The position numbers and the translations under genes are program-made. Of a DNA stretch of 64,000 nucleotides, positions 14,101 to 26,979 are shown one piece after another; position 1 is the stretch's first letter; every line of letters begins with the position of its first letter. Under the pieces are notes generated by a model, which searched no databases, was not told where the DNA came from, and worked only from the letters and a program-made list of their open reading frames with translations. This stretch comes from Octopus bimaculoides (taxonomy: Eukaryota). The stretch lies in NCBI RefSeq assembly GCF_001194135.2, contig NC_068982.1, positions 49,523,990-49,587,989 of the forward strand, in the 5' to 3' direction.

Positions 14101-14404
14101 GTACAGCCCTCGCACAGTTTTCATTGACTGAAGGTTTTGGTCGACCTAAGGCTATAGTAGAAGACACTTGCCCAAGGTGATGTGCATACAGAAGGAATGA
14201 ACACAGAGTCATAAGACTGTAAAAATCAACTTCTTAATCTCACAGTTCTGCCTGTATCCATAAATGAAGGAAATTAAATTCTGAATCTTGTGTTGGGCCT
14301 CTACTAGGAATATTACACCATTTTTTTAATAACTTCAATTGAAAATAAACAGTAATCTTATTTAATGACCTTGTGCATAATATTCTTCTTATTATAGCAT
14401 AAAG

Positions 14405-14585
14405 CCTTAAATTTGTGGGGATGGGTTAGTCAATTACATTGACCCCAGTGCTTAACTGGTACATAATTTATTTAATCTGAAAAGGATGAAAAGCAAAGTT
14501 GACCTTAGCAAAATTTGAACTCTGAATGTAAATTTAGAAGAAATGCTGTTAAACCTTTTCTCTGGCACGCTAGCTCACTGCCTTA
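14405..14585 (-). mobile_element. tRNA-derived SINE with Nin/Deu-like central domain
   Basis: Minus strand carries GGTCAACTTTGC..TTTCATCC..ATAAATT.....GTACCAG. Further copies at 12380-12480, 18200-18340, 35240-35340, 37590-37785, 38100-38322, 38565-38675, 48900-49040, 49345-49550, 49590-49770. Confidence 0.75.
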
Positions 14586-15904
14586 GTCATGAACATAATA
14601 TTAAAAACTACCGCATATTTGCTTCAAGAATTCATAAAATGTCTTGCAAAAAAAAATTAAAAATTAAAATAAAGTGAAATTGAGCCAGCAAAGAAAAATC
14701 ACAATGGTAAACCCTAAATAATAATAATAAAAATAAATGGTAAACCAAATTCATTTTTTTAATTGTTTTACATCATTTTTCAAGCTAGAATAGTTTTTTA
14801 AAAAACAATCATATAAGAACTTACTATGATAAATAGATGTCATTTTGAGTAAAGATGTGAATCACAAATGACAATATAGCCACAAAAAAGAGAGAAGAAA
14901 ATATATGGTTCTGAAGATACATAGCTAGAATAAATAACCAGTTGATATTTGGATGTTCCCTTTTTCCTTTTCTTTTTTTTCTTTTGGAATATATGTATGT
15001 TTCTCCCCATCATGTAACATTTAGCCATTTGATCTATGTTTGTTAACTGAAGATATGTTTTTGTATGTAACCTCAGCTTACAGCTAGCTTTCTTACACTG
15101 AAAAACAACTTGAAATCATGTGATAGCGAGTGGAGAAAGCAAATTTGCTTTTTTATAAGATGAAGGTTCTTTGGTCATCTTCTACTAGAAAAGAAAAACA
15201 ACTTTTTACTAGTCACTCAAAAGGATGATAATTAAGCAAAGTGTTTCTTTTTTTTTTCCTTTCTCAGTACCAGAATTTTCGCATTATTTTATTGACTTTA
15301 TCAAAGTGAAAACAGATTTCAGACTGACTCTAACATTTCAAGTAATAAATTGAATGAGTCACAGTAAATTGAAGTAAATTTGATCATAACTATTAAACAT
15401 CTAAGACATGAATTTCTTAAATCAATTATGCTGTATTTTGAATAAGAAACTTTTGAGAAAACACTTTGAAAAGTTAACTTTGAAATAGTTATTTACATCA
15501 TTTATCATTTACATTAGTAAACGAGATAAAATACCATACCTAGAATAATTTGTAGAAGCTATGGTTATTTTATTTAGTTTCAGTGCTTCAAATTGTAAAA
15601 AGGACTGACATAACGCAATATTGTAAGCAAACTAATGGAGGGAGCCTCAACATAGTTACTTGCCTTGGTAGAAATAGCAGCTAAATTTTACTCAAATTAT
15701 ACCCAGTCATATTAAGAAAAAAAAGAAAATGAAAGGATATATTAAATAATGTAGTTCTGCATGTGAACTGGGTGTAGTTGATCAAAGGTTTATCTGGTTG
15801 GAAATGATCTGGGTGTAAATAATAACATTTTGATGGGGGTTGATGGTAGAAATGGTAAAGCATTAGACAAGATTCATTACAGTATTTAATTACATCCATT
15901 TATA

Positions 15905-16268
15905 TTGTAAGTTCAAATCCCACCAAATCGAACTTTGCCTTTAATTCATTTAGGGTCAATGAAATAACGTATCAGACAAGTACCCAAGTAAATTACATTG
16001 ACTGTCCCTTTGCCCAAATTTGGAGCCTTGTACCTAACTTAGAAATTATTAATGATTTCAAATTTTGGCACAAGGCCAGCAATTTTAGGGAAAGTGGAGA
16101 ATCAATATCATTGACCCCAGTGCTTGACTGGTGCTTATTTTATTGATCTCGAAAGGATGAAAGGCAAAGTTGACTTCAGTAGCATTTGAACTCAGAACAT
16201 TAAGCCAGAAGAAATGTCACTAAGTATTTTGTCTGGATGCTGTAATGATTCTGCCAGCTCACTGCCTT
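15905..16268. mobile_element. Tail-to-tail inverted pair of Nin/Deu-like SINEs (15905-16045 +, 16056-16268 -)
   Basis: Two copies of the same SINE in opposite orientation about 10 bp apart. Confidence 0.7.
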
Positions 16269-16423
16269 AATTTAGAAATAAATAATGCAAGAATTCAATA
16301 TACACCTTGTGCTTTGACATCTCTGATATGAAACGTCATAACAAAAATCAGTGCTGGCTATAATTTCTATAGAATATCTGTAGAGATAACCATAACAAGT
16401 GGTTGTAATATGTTGTTCTTTTA

Positions 16424-16679
16424 CAGAGGCTCTCAACCATTTTTTTCTCTATAGACTCCTTTGATTCCTATTTTACTCCACTGGACCCTCATAACCACCC
16501 AATGTTTAAAAAATCCTAATATTATTTTAATAATTGAAATATTATTAGGAAGTGTATAAAAAAGTTGTTAAAATATTTTGTGTATTATAGAAGAATAACC
16601 AATTTACTGCACATAAAATTTTTAACAAAATCCTATAAGAACCCCCAAAGGCCACATGAACCCTGGTTGAGAACCACTG
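16424..16679. mobile_element. hAT (Charlie-like) MITE
   Basis: TIRs CAGAGGCTCTCAACC / GGTTGAGAACCACTG. The 8-bp flanks only partly match. Confidence 0.75.
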
Positions 16680-17287
16680 CTCTATACAAAAGATGGAAGA
16701 CTTTATCACAGACTTTTATGTCTGACGGTTTTGAATATCTCCTCAACAATAATGTTATGATGATGTTGGGGGGTGCACAAGAGTGTAGGAATAGTATTAC
16801 CCAAATAAATATTTGGATATGGTTATCTAGAATAACCTTTTGCAGAATTAATATGTTCATGCAGAACATACTCCATACTATGCCAAACATAGGTACAATA
16901 TTAAACTAACACAGTAGCCCAATATGAAGGATCAATGCTGTCAACTGCCAACTGTCAATCTGACAGTTCTCTATGTTATTGAAATGAGTCAGTCCATTTT
17001 TAGTCAGATGGGGGTGGTCAGGATCCTTCCAGAATACAGACTGACTAATGCTGCCAGTCATCTTTATGGAAAACAACAAACAAATAAATAAAAAGATTTT
17101 TGGAATGGGAAAATAATAATGATGTTGATGGTTTTATTTAACCTCAGGTTAGCCTTAATTGAACAGATGTTCTTTTTTACTTCTCTTCAAATAATATATC
17201 TATATATATAAACTAATGTGTCCATTTGTTGAAATTGGAGGATGTGATTTTTGGAAGATCTTTGAGACAGGTTGTGAGACAACTTAC

Positions 17288-17339
17288 AGGATCCCACATT
17301 GGCTCATAACAATGGTTTCTAGTATATACATAAAAGTGG
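17288..17339 (-). CDS. Weak candidate internal exon (phase 2->0): (R)HFYVYTRNHCYEPMWDP
   Basis: Acceptor aaaatttctag, consensus donor CCT|GTAAGT, open frame. Phase-compatible with the upstream exon at 34133. Short, so it could be chance. Confidence 0.3.
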
Positions 17340-17367
17340 CTAGAAATTTTGGTTAAGGAATAGTTGC

Positions 17368-17575
17368 TTAATCCATTAGCATTTAAACTGACCATATCCG
17401 ATTAAAACATTCTCCCTGTTTTATGTTCAAACTGCCCAGATATGGCCTCTCACACTTACCCTACAATGCCATTCTAAAAATAAACAGCATCATCGAAATC
17501 ACAAATGATTATTTCAAAATGATGAGAAGAAATAAGCATTATATTGACAGAATAATTTGAATGCTAAGGGGTTAA
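17368..17575. mobile_element. piggyBac-like MITE family 1
   Basis: TTAA at 17368-17371 and 17572-17575; family-1 interior. Confidence 0.8.
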
Positions 17576-17741
17576 ATAAACCCCAGTACTTGACTGGTAA
17601 TAATGTCTTTTTGATCATAAAATGATGAAAGGCAAGATTTCACCTTAAAACAGGGACCTAACAGAAGCTATAGCAGAAAACAATTGCCCAAGGCAGAATC
17701 ATAGGAATGTGATTTTGTCAGGGAATTTACTAATTCTGTTG

Positions 17742-17979
17742 TGTCTAGGGAGAGTCATTATGCCAATATAATTAACATATGCATTGGTTCAATTCCACCC
17801 CTTTATTATTAGTCAGTTGCTTAAATATCCAACAAACTAATCAATTGCTTAATTTGTTTTGCTTTAGTTTGTCAAAGCTCTTTTGTTGCTACTTGCAACC
17901 TTTTCAATGATTAATAATAAAGGAGTAGAATTGAACTAGTTTGTGTTAATTATATTGGCATAATGACTCTCCCTAGACA
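17742..17979. mobile_element. Long-TIR MITE (about 70-bp arms)
   Basis: TGTCTAGGGAGAGTCATTATGCCAATATAATTAACA is a perfect 36-bp inverted match to the right end. Similarity continues to about 70 bp. Confidence 0.85.
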
Positions 17980-19910
17980 AGAAAATTTGTTTCATAACAC
18001 AGATTCACATAAAGAATCTTGCAAATCAGATACAAAAACCAAGTTTACTAATTCTGTTATCCACACTATTGCTGTGTAGTCATTGACATCATCATTTCAT
18101 CATTTCTGTATCTGCTTTTCCTTCCAAACTGATAAGGGTTGAACAAAACTTATAGAGGCAACACTCTATAGCTGGATGTTAGCAATCTATACAAGCCTTC
18201 AAGTTCCACCAAGGTTGACTTTGTCTGTTATCCTTTTGGGGGTCAATAGAATAAGTAGCAGTTGAACACTGGGGTCAATGCAATTGACTTAACCCCTTCC
18301 TGGAAATTGTTGGCCTTTAGTCAAAACTTGAAAACATTATTATGCAAATGACTAAGGTGAAAAACTGGAAGCATCATTAGCAAGCCAGACTCAAGCAGGC
18401 TGCTGTGTGGTAAGAAGTTTGATTCCCAGCCACATGGTTTCAGATTCCATCCCTATGCTTGACACTTTGGGAAAGTGTCTCTTCTACTATAGCCTCCAGG
18501 CCAACTAAAGCCTTGCAAGTGGATTTGGTAGACGAACACTGAAAGAAGCCCATTGTACATATGTATGTATGTATGTCTCTTCTATTTTTTTAATTATTAT
18601 AAATTTTCCACTGAGGAAGGAGCCGATTTGCAACAAAGATACAAGGCTCCATTTTAGGATGTATTTAACACAGACAAATTCACATTTGGAACTTGAGAAA
18701 AGTCTTGCATATTTTTACTGTTTCCCTCACAGATTGCACTTGTAATGTATGAATTAGTCGGTCGATTTCTCTTTCTGAAAATCCCAGTTTATCTAGATTC
18801 TCCTTTAAACATTTACTAACAAAACTTTGTGTGTGTGTGTGTGTGTATTATTGTACATGAATATTATCATCATGCAAGTAGTGTTCCTTTTTTACCTGTG
18901 AAGACATGTTTGGCCACAAAAACCAAAGTAGACAATAGAACTCAACACAGCCCACTGACCTGTCAGATCTTGTCAAACTGTATAACCCATGCCAGCATGG
19001 AATATGAATGCAAATGATGATGATGATAAAAATGATGATGATGATAAAAATAATGATGATGATGTACACTTTCCCCAAACTGTGGATTTGTGTCAATGTT
19101 AGAAAGCAACACTTACAATGGTACTAGTGCCAAACTGTACGAGCCATAAAGTCATGGCCTTTCTCTTGGATAAAGATTTGTAGCACGGAGACATGCATGC
19201 TTGAGCAACTGCTTATCTTCCACAAAAACTTTTGGCCAAGCTTGCACATATTAGCAAGATGAATGGTCAGCATAATTAAAACACGTAATTTGCTTTTTGT
19301 TCTTTCCAAGACAATAAAAATATATGTTGATAAGATATACTGATGATAATATTTTACTCTGAGCTTGTGTGTGTATTCTTTCTTCAAAACTACAGGTTTG
19401 TAGCAATATTATAGAAAGCTATATTTTATTTCACAAAATATCTTGTTGATTTGTCAAAGCACTGTACACTACTTCTAAAAAATATAATTAAAGAGACACA
19501 GCTATGATAAAAGCACATAGCAGTAGCAATAGCATAGATGGTGAGAGACTAGATAATGAGAGAGACTAGATAATGGAAATATAATTTGGATGTAGATTCA
19601 ATTATGGGATGAAGAACAGCTAACATCCAGTGAAAGTATTCAAGCTTTCATGTATTTTATATTTTTACCTCTCCATAACAAACATATCTGTGCAATATTC
19701 AAGCTACATATAAATAGAGAATTCTGTTTGTTCCTTCCTTCATATTATTAGATTTCAGCCTTAAGATAAGCATTCTCTACACGTTTTTCATTTTTCGCTT
19801 ATTTAAAAAAAAAAAAATTTCCACTTTGCTTCAAGTGACAATGGTTGATGGAACGATAGTTTGGGAAGCTTTCAAACAATTATGATTAAACTATTTCCAA
19901 GCGATGCTAT

Positions 19911-19952
<42 letters not shown>

Positions 19953-22347
19953 TTGTCAAACTCAACAAATTATCAATTCAGCAGTAGATATCAATCTTAA
20001 GATTTTAGAATCACTGACAGCATATTCTTCTCTTTAACAACTATTCATTACAAACATATTGAATATTTTCTATCACTACTCTCACAATGATGCTATTTAC
20101 AAGTTCAAAGTAATTATGTTTGCTAATACTTTCACACCATAGTGAAGGAGATTTAAACAAAAATGCATCACTGTTAATTTGTCAAACAATCTATATCAAA
20201 TAAAGAACTAATTTACATATAGAACTAATAAAACAAAAAAGAATTTCAGCATATGGCATGGTGGTGGGTTAAGAAATTCATATTGCAACTATTATGTTTG
20301 CAAATTTGAACTCACTCCACGATAATTAAAGGAAAAAAACCCAGAGTCTCTGATTGATCATTGACCAACACCTCGTTAGTGAAATTTGATATCCAGAAAT
20401 TTTGCAGAATCTCTTGAATACACCCACATACACACATCACCTCTCTCTCTCTCTCTTTCTTCCTTCTATCTACTGTGGTACAATTAATATTCTACTGCTC
20501 TTCAACCCTCTTTTTTTCTATTTTCACTGCACCATCTCCTCATGTACTATTAGTCACCCCACTGCCTTATCCACTATCCACTCCTCAACCTTATCCAATT
20601 TCTACAGTTGTCACCTACTCTTCCCTACCTTTCCTACTAATCATCCTTCAGCACCTGTTTTACCTTATATTCACTCCTCACCATCTCTCACTCTATCATT
20701 CACTCTTACAGCCTCTATCCAATCACACTTCCTGTTCCCTTGCCCCACTCAGTTGAAAAGGAACTAAGTCTTGCAAGCTGCATAGCAAACTCACTACCAC
20801 TAGTATCACAGAAAAAAAAATCACTCAGTACACACTGTAAAGTGATTGGTGTTAGAAAGGGACATCTTGCAATAGACAATATGTCAAAACATTGTAGCAC
20901 AATGCAATCCTTTGATCCATTGGATCCTGTTGAAACCTCCTACTCATGTCAGCATGGAACACTGATGTTAAGTAATGATGATAAGTGTGTGTGTGTGTGT
21001 GCGTGTGTGTGTGAATAGAGTGGAGATGCTATTCAAATTATGCTATATACATTTCCATAGCATGGTTATTTAGTTGTTCATTAATGAATTACATAATGAA
21101 TACATAACCAGGCCATTTCATCAGGCACTTTGGACAACTGACAGGTAAAACTGATCTGTGAAAATTTTGTTTTGAATTCCATGAAAAGATATTTATAAAG
21201 AAGTCTTACTGATTGTGGGAAAAGATTAATTTACAATACAGTCAATTAGCTAGCATTTTACAAGTAATGATGATGTACCCAAGTGGACAAGGGGTGTGGC
21301 TTTTATATTCCAACACTAAACTAATAAATGTGTTATTGACCAAGAACCTTATTATTGATATATTGCAATAAATTATTTGATTGTCACCTCAATAGTGATT
21401 AAACACAAGCAAGACAACATCACAGTGTTACCACAACCTAAAAGGCAAGTTTAAAAGTGATAAAAATTAATAAAGCAAAACAATATTACATTCACAAGTA
21501 AAGGGAAGATGTCATTTTATGTGAGTGCATGTATGTGTGTGTATAGAGTAGTTTTGTTATTTATAGGATCATCAAAAAAAAGAAAAAAGTACTACAACCA
21601 GTGAGAGATAAATATCATTTAATATACACAGGGTTTAAATTTTATATATACATATATCATATTCTATGCATATTTTTGTGGCCAGCAGGTCAAAGAAAAT
21701 AGCTACATCAAGCAAAAACTAGCCTGTAGTATTGAGTTTCATTTGATATGCATCCCCTTTATGCCAAGTCTGACTTTGTGTCATTCATCCTGAACAAGAT
21801 TAATAGAAAGAGTACTAGACAAAATCCTCGATATAATTGATGGAAGCTAGTGCAGGTGGTGTCAACAGGTCTGCAAGCTTTAAGCAGAAAACAGAAAAAA
21901 AGAGTAAAAAAAAACAAAGCCAGAAGCTATACTTTTACGTTAGTATATATAAAAAAAAAAAGATATGATTGCTCAGATGACATTGTAAAGATCATATTAT
22001 AAAAATTCAGTATTTGATATTACTGTGGTTGTTTTACTTATGTCAAGCCTGGTTGGTCTCAACTGCCATCAAAGGCATTTCAGTCATGCTTGTTTTGTAT
22101 TTTTCCGTGCATAAAGGAATATATCATCGAATATGTTTTGTTGTTGTGATTTAAATGAGATTTGGGTGCTGTTTTCAGCAGAATGAATGACCCTAAAAGA
22201 AGCTAAAACCCTTTTTCTCTTTTTTTCAGTTGGATCAAAAAGGCTAGATTCACATCTTTGAATCTTTGATACTCAAGTCACATACCATACACAAGCACAC
22301 ACGTGTGTGTGTATCTATCTGTCTATCTATCTATCTATCTATATCAT

Positions 22348-22389
<42 letters not shown>

Positions 22390-22404
22390 ATTTATTTTCT
22401 ATCT

Positions 22405-23410
22405 CGAAGAGTTCTTCTGTCAGGTGGGATTCACACTGTCATTGAGACATTTGTTTAAACGATTTGAGATCTTTATTCTCCGCCACATGAGTACTATCCT
22501 GTCAAGGGGAATGATGTCTTTGTGTGTACTGGCTCTCTTCTCTGGGACATATTTAATGCCTATGGCTCGCATTATTGACATGAATTTATTGAGTTTCATA
22601 TCTATGTCTTGCAAAGAGAGGCTTTTAGGCCAGTCAGCCTTATAGAAATTTAGGCTGGATAAGGTTTTAGTACCATCCGTGGGGAGTTTATTTTCATTAA
22701 TTCCAGGCCATACATTGTCAGTTCTATCATGTTATGATCTGAGAATATTGTCAGTGATATATTTACATTGTGGAAAATTTCCACATTGTTTGTAAAAGAG
22801 AAGTCCAGGATATTTTTGTACCTGGTGTGGAGAGAGTATGATCTGCTCCATGAATAGTATTTTCATAAGATCAAATAGAGATTCTGCTTGATTTTGCTCT
22901 TATAGTAGTACGTTGATCCATTTGAGTTAGTACTTCCTTCATTGCACTGAGGCTTTCCTCAAATTTTCCATCATGATTTGAGGCATCAGGTGGGTGATAT
23001 AGTGTGCATATCACTACATCAAGTTGCTTTAGATGTACAATGAGTATGTCAGACACCAAGTTCGAGTTTGATAACAGGGTTAATGGTGTGACAGACTTCT
23101 TTTTCTTCTGTCTGTATGAAAGATAGCATATATTGGTTTGTGTATATCTCTGCATCATTTATGTCTGCAGATAGATGTGTTTCTATAACTGCAATGCATA
23201 TATAGCTTGATTGCATGCAGAAAGATTTTGCATTTGCTGTTGTTCTGTAGCAGGCCTCTTATATTTATTAGAACAAATGGCGTTGGTGTGATGGGTGGCT
23301 TGGTGGCAGTGGTGGTCAACTGGGGTCCATCAATTGTGGTGGTCTTGTGTGCGAGGGTACATAGCTCAGCTTTGTCTGTAACCATGACAATCATTGCACT
23401 ATTTCCTGTG
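22405..23410 (-). mobile_element. CR1/L2-group LINE ORF2 fragment (apurinic endonuclease and linker), decayed
   Basis: Minus frames give INIRGL, an ETHL..DINDAEI-like box, VVICTLYHPPD, and the linker DIIPLDRIVLMWRR. Multiple stops and frameshifts. Confidence 0.8.
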
Positions 23411-23419
23411 CCACACATG

Positions 23420-23845
23420 GGCGTATATAGGTGTGTATATGAACATATTTGTGTGCGTATGGGTATATATACATGTGTGTGCGTGTGGATATGTCTATGT
23501 GTACAAATGTATGGTTATATATATATATGTATACATATAGGTGTGTGTGGGTGTGCATGCATGTGTTTCATGAGAGTGTGAGCGAGCATATGCATATATG
23601 GCATATGTGTATATGAATGTAATTGTGTGCGTATGAGTATGTGTACATGTATGTATGTATGTGTGTGTGTGTAAGCGTGCAGATGTGTACATGTGCATGG
23701 TTGCATATATATGTGCACATATAGGCATGTGTGCGGATGTGCATGTATGTGTTTCACGTGAGTGAGAGAGAGCATATGCATATAGGCACATGTACGTGGG
23801 TGTGCATGTACGCATGCATATGCATGTACATGCGCACATACGTGA
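23420..23845. repeat. Degenerate TG/CA-rich repeat containing an imperfect duplication with period about 186 bp
   Basis: GTGCATG.ATGTGTTTCA.G.GAG...GAGCATATGCATATA occurs at 23553 and 23739. Confidence 0.75.
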
Positions 23846-23983
23846 ATTCTATGAGCATCTTTTACTTTCTCCCCCTTTATTTAACAGTCAGTCTAATAAC
23901 TCTTTTGTTTGTCTTAATAACGGTCATTTACATAGTAATTTCCCTTTGTTTAATGGTCATTTTCATAGCATTTTTGTTTGTCT

Positions 23984-24046
23984 TAATAACTGACGAGATG
24001 CCAGTGCAGATTTCTGCCCTGACATCCGAAACTTGGAGTTTTATTA
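23984..24046 (+). ncRNA. Type I hammerhead ribozyme motif (PLE/pLTR-like context)
   Basis: Stem I TAATAA(23984-9)/TTATTA(24041-6); core CTGACGA(23990-6); stem II GATGCCAG/CTGACATC with inner GCAG-ATTT-CTGC; GAAA(24028-31); stem III ACT-TGG-AGT; GUU triplet with predicted cleavage after 24040. Confidence 0.8.
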
Positions 24047-24188
24047 TGGCAACCAAGTAATTGTCACATATATTACAGATAAATTCTTCTATTTGCATAA
24101 TATTGAGGTCTCATTCATTCTTTTGTTGTCATACTATTACTATTATTATATATATATATATACATATGTATGTATGTATGTATGTATG

Positions 24189-24219
<31 letters not shown>

Positions 24220-24260
24220 GTATATATAAATATATATCTATGTATACACACACACACACA

Positions 24261-25699
24261 TAGGGTGCGATGGGTAAATTGTCACCATTTTATATTTTTT
24301 ATTGCACACATGCACATTGTTTGTTTTTGATTTTGTCGACTACACAGTATAGTGGGGTCAGTGGGACACCATTTGTGAGAAAAACAGCACCATGACACAA
24401 TTCTCTCTGCCAGAAATTTGGAAATGACATGCTGTACTGCTTGGCATTCACGCCAGAAGTTCTAATACAAACATTTCAGAGTATTTGGGTGTCAATCTGA
24501 GGACAAGGCAATCTAAGGACATGTACTGAGAGTGATAAAAATCAAATATCCAGTCAACATCATGGTATATCGCCATAAAATAAAATCACTACTGGCTTCA
24601 ACCACAGTCTCCAGACGACTTTGTAATCTCCTGCAACTTTTCTGGACAGTCTCATTGTTTAAGTTGGTGAATGCTGCCATAATTCTTGCCTTCAGTTATC
24701 TTTGGTGTTACAAGGAGTTTTGTTGGTCTCTCTCTCTCTCTCAACTGTGCCCCACACATAATAATCATGGGGGTTGCAGTCTGGAGAGTTAAGAGGCCAA
24801 ATGTTAGGAGTGATGTTGCAGAAATTGTCTGATAGCCATGACTGGGTTCTCCTCCTTGTGTGGCATGGTGCAGAGTCTTGTTGCCAGACACAGAGTCTTC
24901 CAGCAGCCACCCTCTTGACTCAAGGCAGCACTACCTCTTCCAGGACCTTGATGTAGGCCTCTATGTTGAGTGTGAGGCTGTGTGAGAAGATGAATGGAGG
25001 CATAAGATTGCCATCACTAGTGATCACTCCAAACACCATGATGTTGACTGAATGTTTGATTTTTATCAACCTTTGCTACATGTTTTGGGGACATGGCAAG
25101 CCAACGGTTGTTCTGTGTGTTGACCATCTGAGCCTGGCAGAAATTTTTCTCGTTTGAGAAAAACCAAAGCATGTTTGGTTGGAGGAGATGTTTGAGTTTG
25201 TTCAAAGGTTTCGTAGCGTGGTCTTTCCGCTTGTCCTTGATGGCTTGAGATAAAAGTTGGCCCTTTCTCATCTTCAGTGAGGAATACCAAATGTTTTCAT
25301 GCACTACCTGTCTGATAAGAAACTCAGACACTCTCATGGCCTGGATCTCACCAACAAATTCAGGAGTTCTTTTCTTATCAGAACAATCAGGCTGACTTTT
25401 CCAAGCTGCCGTACCTTTGTAATCATCATTAGACTCATCCAACTCTTCCCAAATCCTCTGCCCTGCCCTCAGATTGACACCTAAACACTGAAATGTTTGT
25501 ATTGGAGCTTCTAGTGCAAATGCGAAGTAGTACAGCATGTCGTTTCCAAATTTCTGGCAGAGTGAATTGCATCATGGTGCTGTTTTTCTCACAGATGGTG
25601 CCCAACTGATCCTACTATACTGTGTAATCGACAAAATTCAAAATGCACATGTACGAAATAAAAAATATAAAATGGTGATAATTTACCCATCGCACCCTG
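24261..25699. mobile_element. maT/DD37D-like Tc1-mariner composite: deleted left end (+, 24261-24570) fused to a near-full-length inverted copy (-, about 24575-25699)
   Basis: Termini (C/T)AGGGTGCGATGGGTAAATT at both ends. Minus-strand transposase remnants WFFSNEKNF, QQDSAPCHT, WPLNSPDCNPHDYYVW. Confidence 0.88.
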
Positions 25700-26227
25700 T
25701 ATGTATAACATTATATAAAATATATATATATATATATATATATANNNNNNNNNNNNNNNNNNNNNNNNNNNNNNNNNNNNNNNNNNNNNNNNNNNNNNNN
25801 NNNNNNNNNNNNNNNNNNNNNNNNNNNNNNNNNNNNNNNNNNNNNNNNNNNNNNNNNNNNNNNNNNNNNNNNNNNNNNNNNNNNNNNNNNNNNNNNNNNN
25901 NNNNNNNNNNNNNNNNNNNNNNNNNNNNNNNNNNNNNNNNNNNNNNNNNNNNNNNNNNNNNNNNNNNNNNNNNNNNNNNNNNNNNNNNNNNNNNNNNNNN
26001 NNAAACAACTAAACTCTAATTCATGGAAATTCTGGATAAGGTTACAGAAGTGGTAATATGCTTGTCTTATTTATTTATTTTTTTTTTCTCCTGCAAAAAT
26101 TCTGTAGAAATCTAATGCAATCCATAACATGGAAGTTAATAGGAAAATAGGTTTTGCATTGCAGAATTCTCCCAGCATATCAAAGCTTTCAGAAATGCAA
26201 TCGTGCCATAATGCAGAGGCATTGTTG

Positions 26228-26266
<39 letters not shown>

Positions 26267-26979
26267 TCCTTTGAAGTTAATGATTTACTCTGCTGCTATT
26301 CAGGGTTTCTTGCTGTATGGAGTCCCCTGAATGATGGTACATAGTGAGAAACCCTGAGTAATAACAAAGAAAATCATTAGTTCCAAATAAAAAAAATAAA
26401 GTTTACAACATGTATTAGGTAATCTTTGTTTTATTTGTAAGCATTTTGTCCTATTTGTAAACCATATGCACACACATACTTGGAAATGTTTAGTCATACA
26501 AACAAAAGAGAGAAGTATGGAATACATATATACAATGAGTACATGTGTGGCTGTGTGGTAAGAAGTTTGCTTCTTAACCACATGGTTCAAGGTTCACTCC
26601 CACTGCATATCACCTTGAGCAGGTTTCTCCTATCATAGATCAAGCAAGGCATTGTGAGTAGATTTGATAGATGGAAACAGAAAGAAGCCCCTATTATATC
26701 TATATCTATTTGTATTTACATAAATATGTGTGTATGTCTTTGTTTGTCCCCCATTATTGCCTGACAACTGGTATTGATGTGTTTATGTCTAAGTAGCTTA
26801 GTGGTCTGGCAAAAGGGACTGATAGAATAAGTACCAGGATATTTTAAAAAAAGAAGTACTGGGGTCAATTTGTTTGACTAAAATTCTTCAAGGTAGTGCT
26901 GCAGTATGGCCACAGTCTAATGATTGAAATAAAATGTAAAAGGCAAACACTGAGTGTAATGATTTTAGTCATGTTGATA

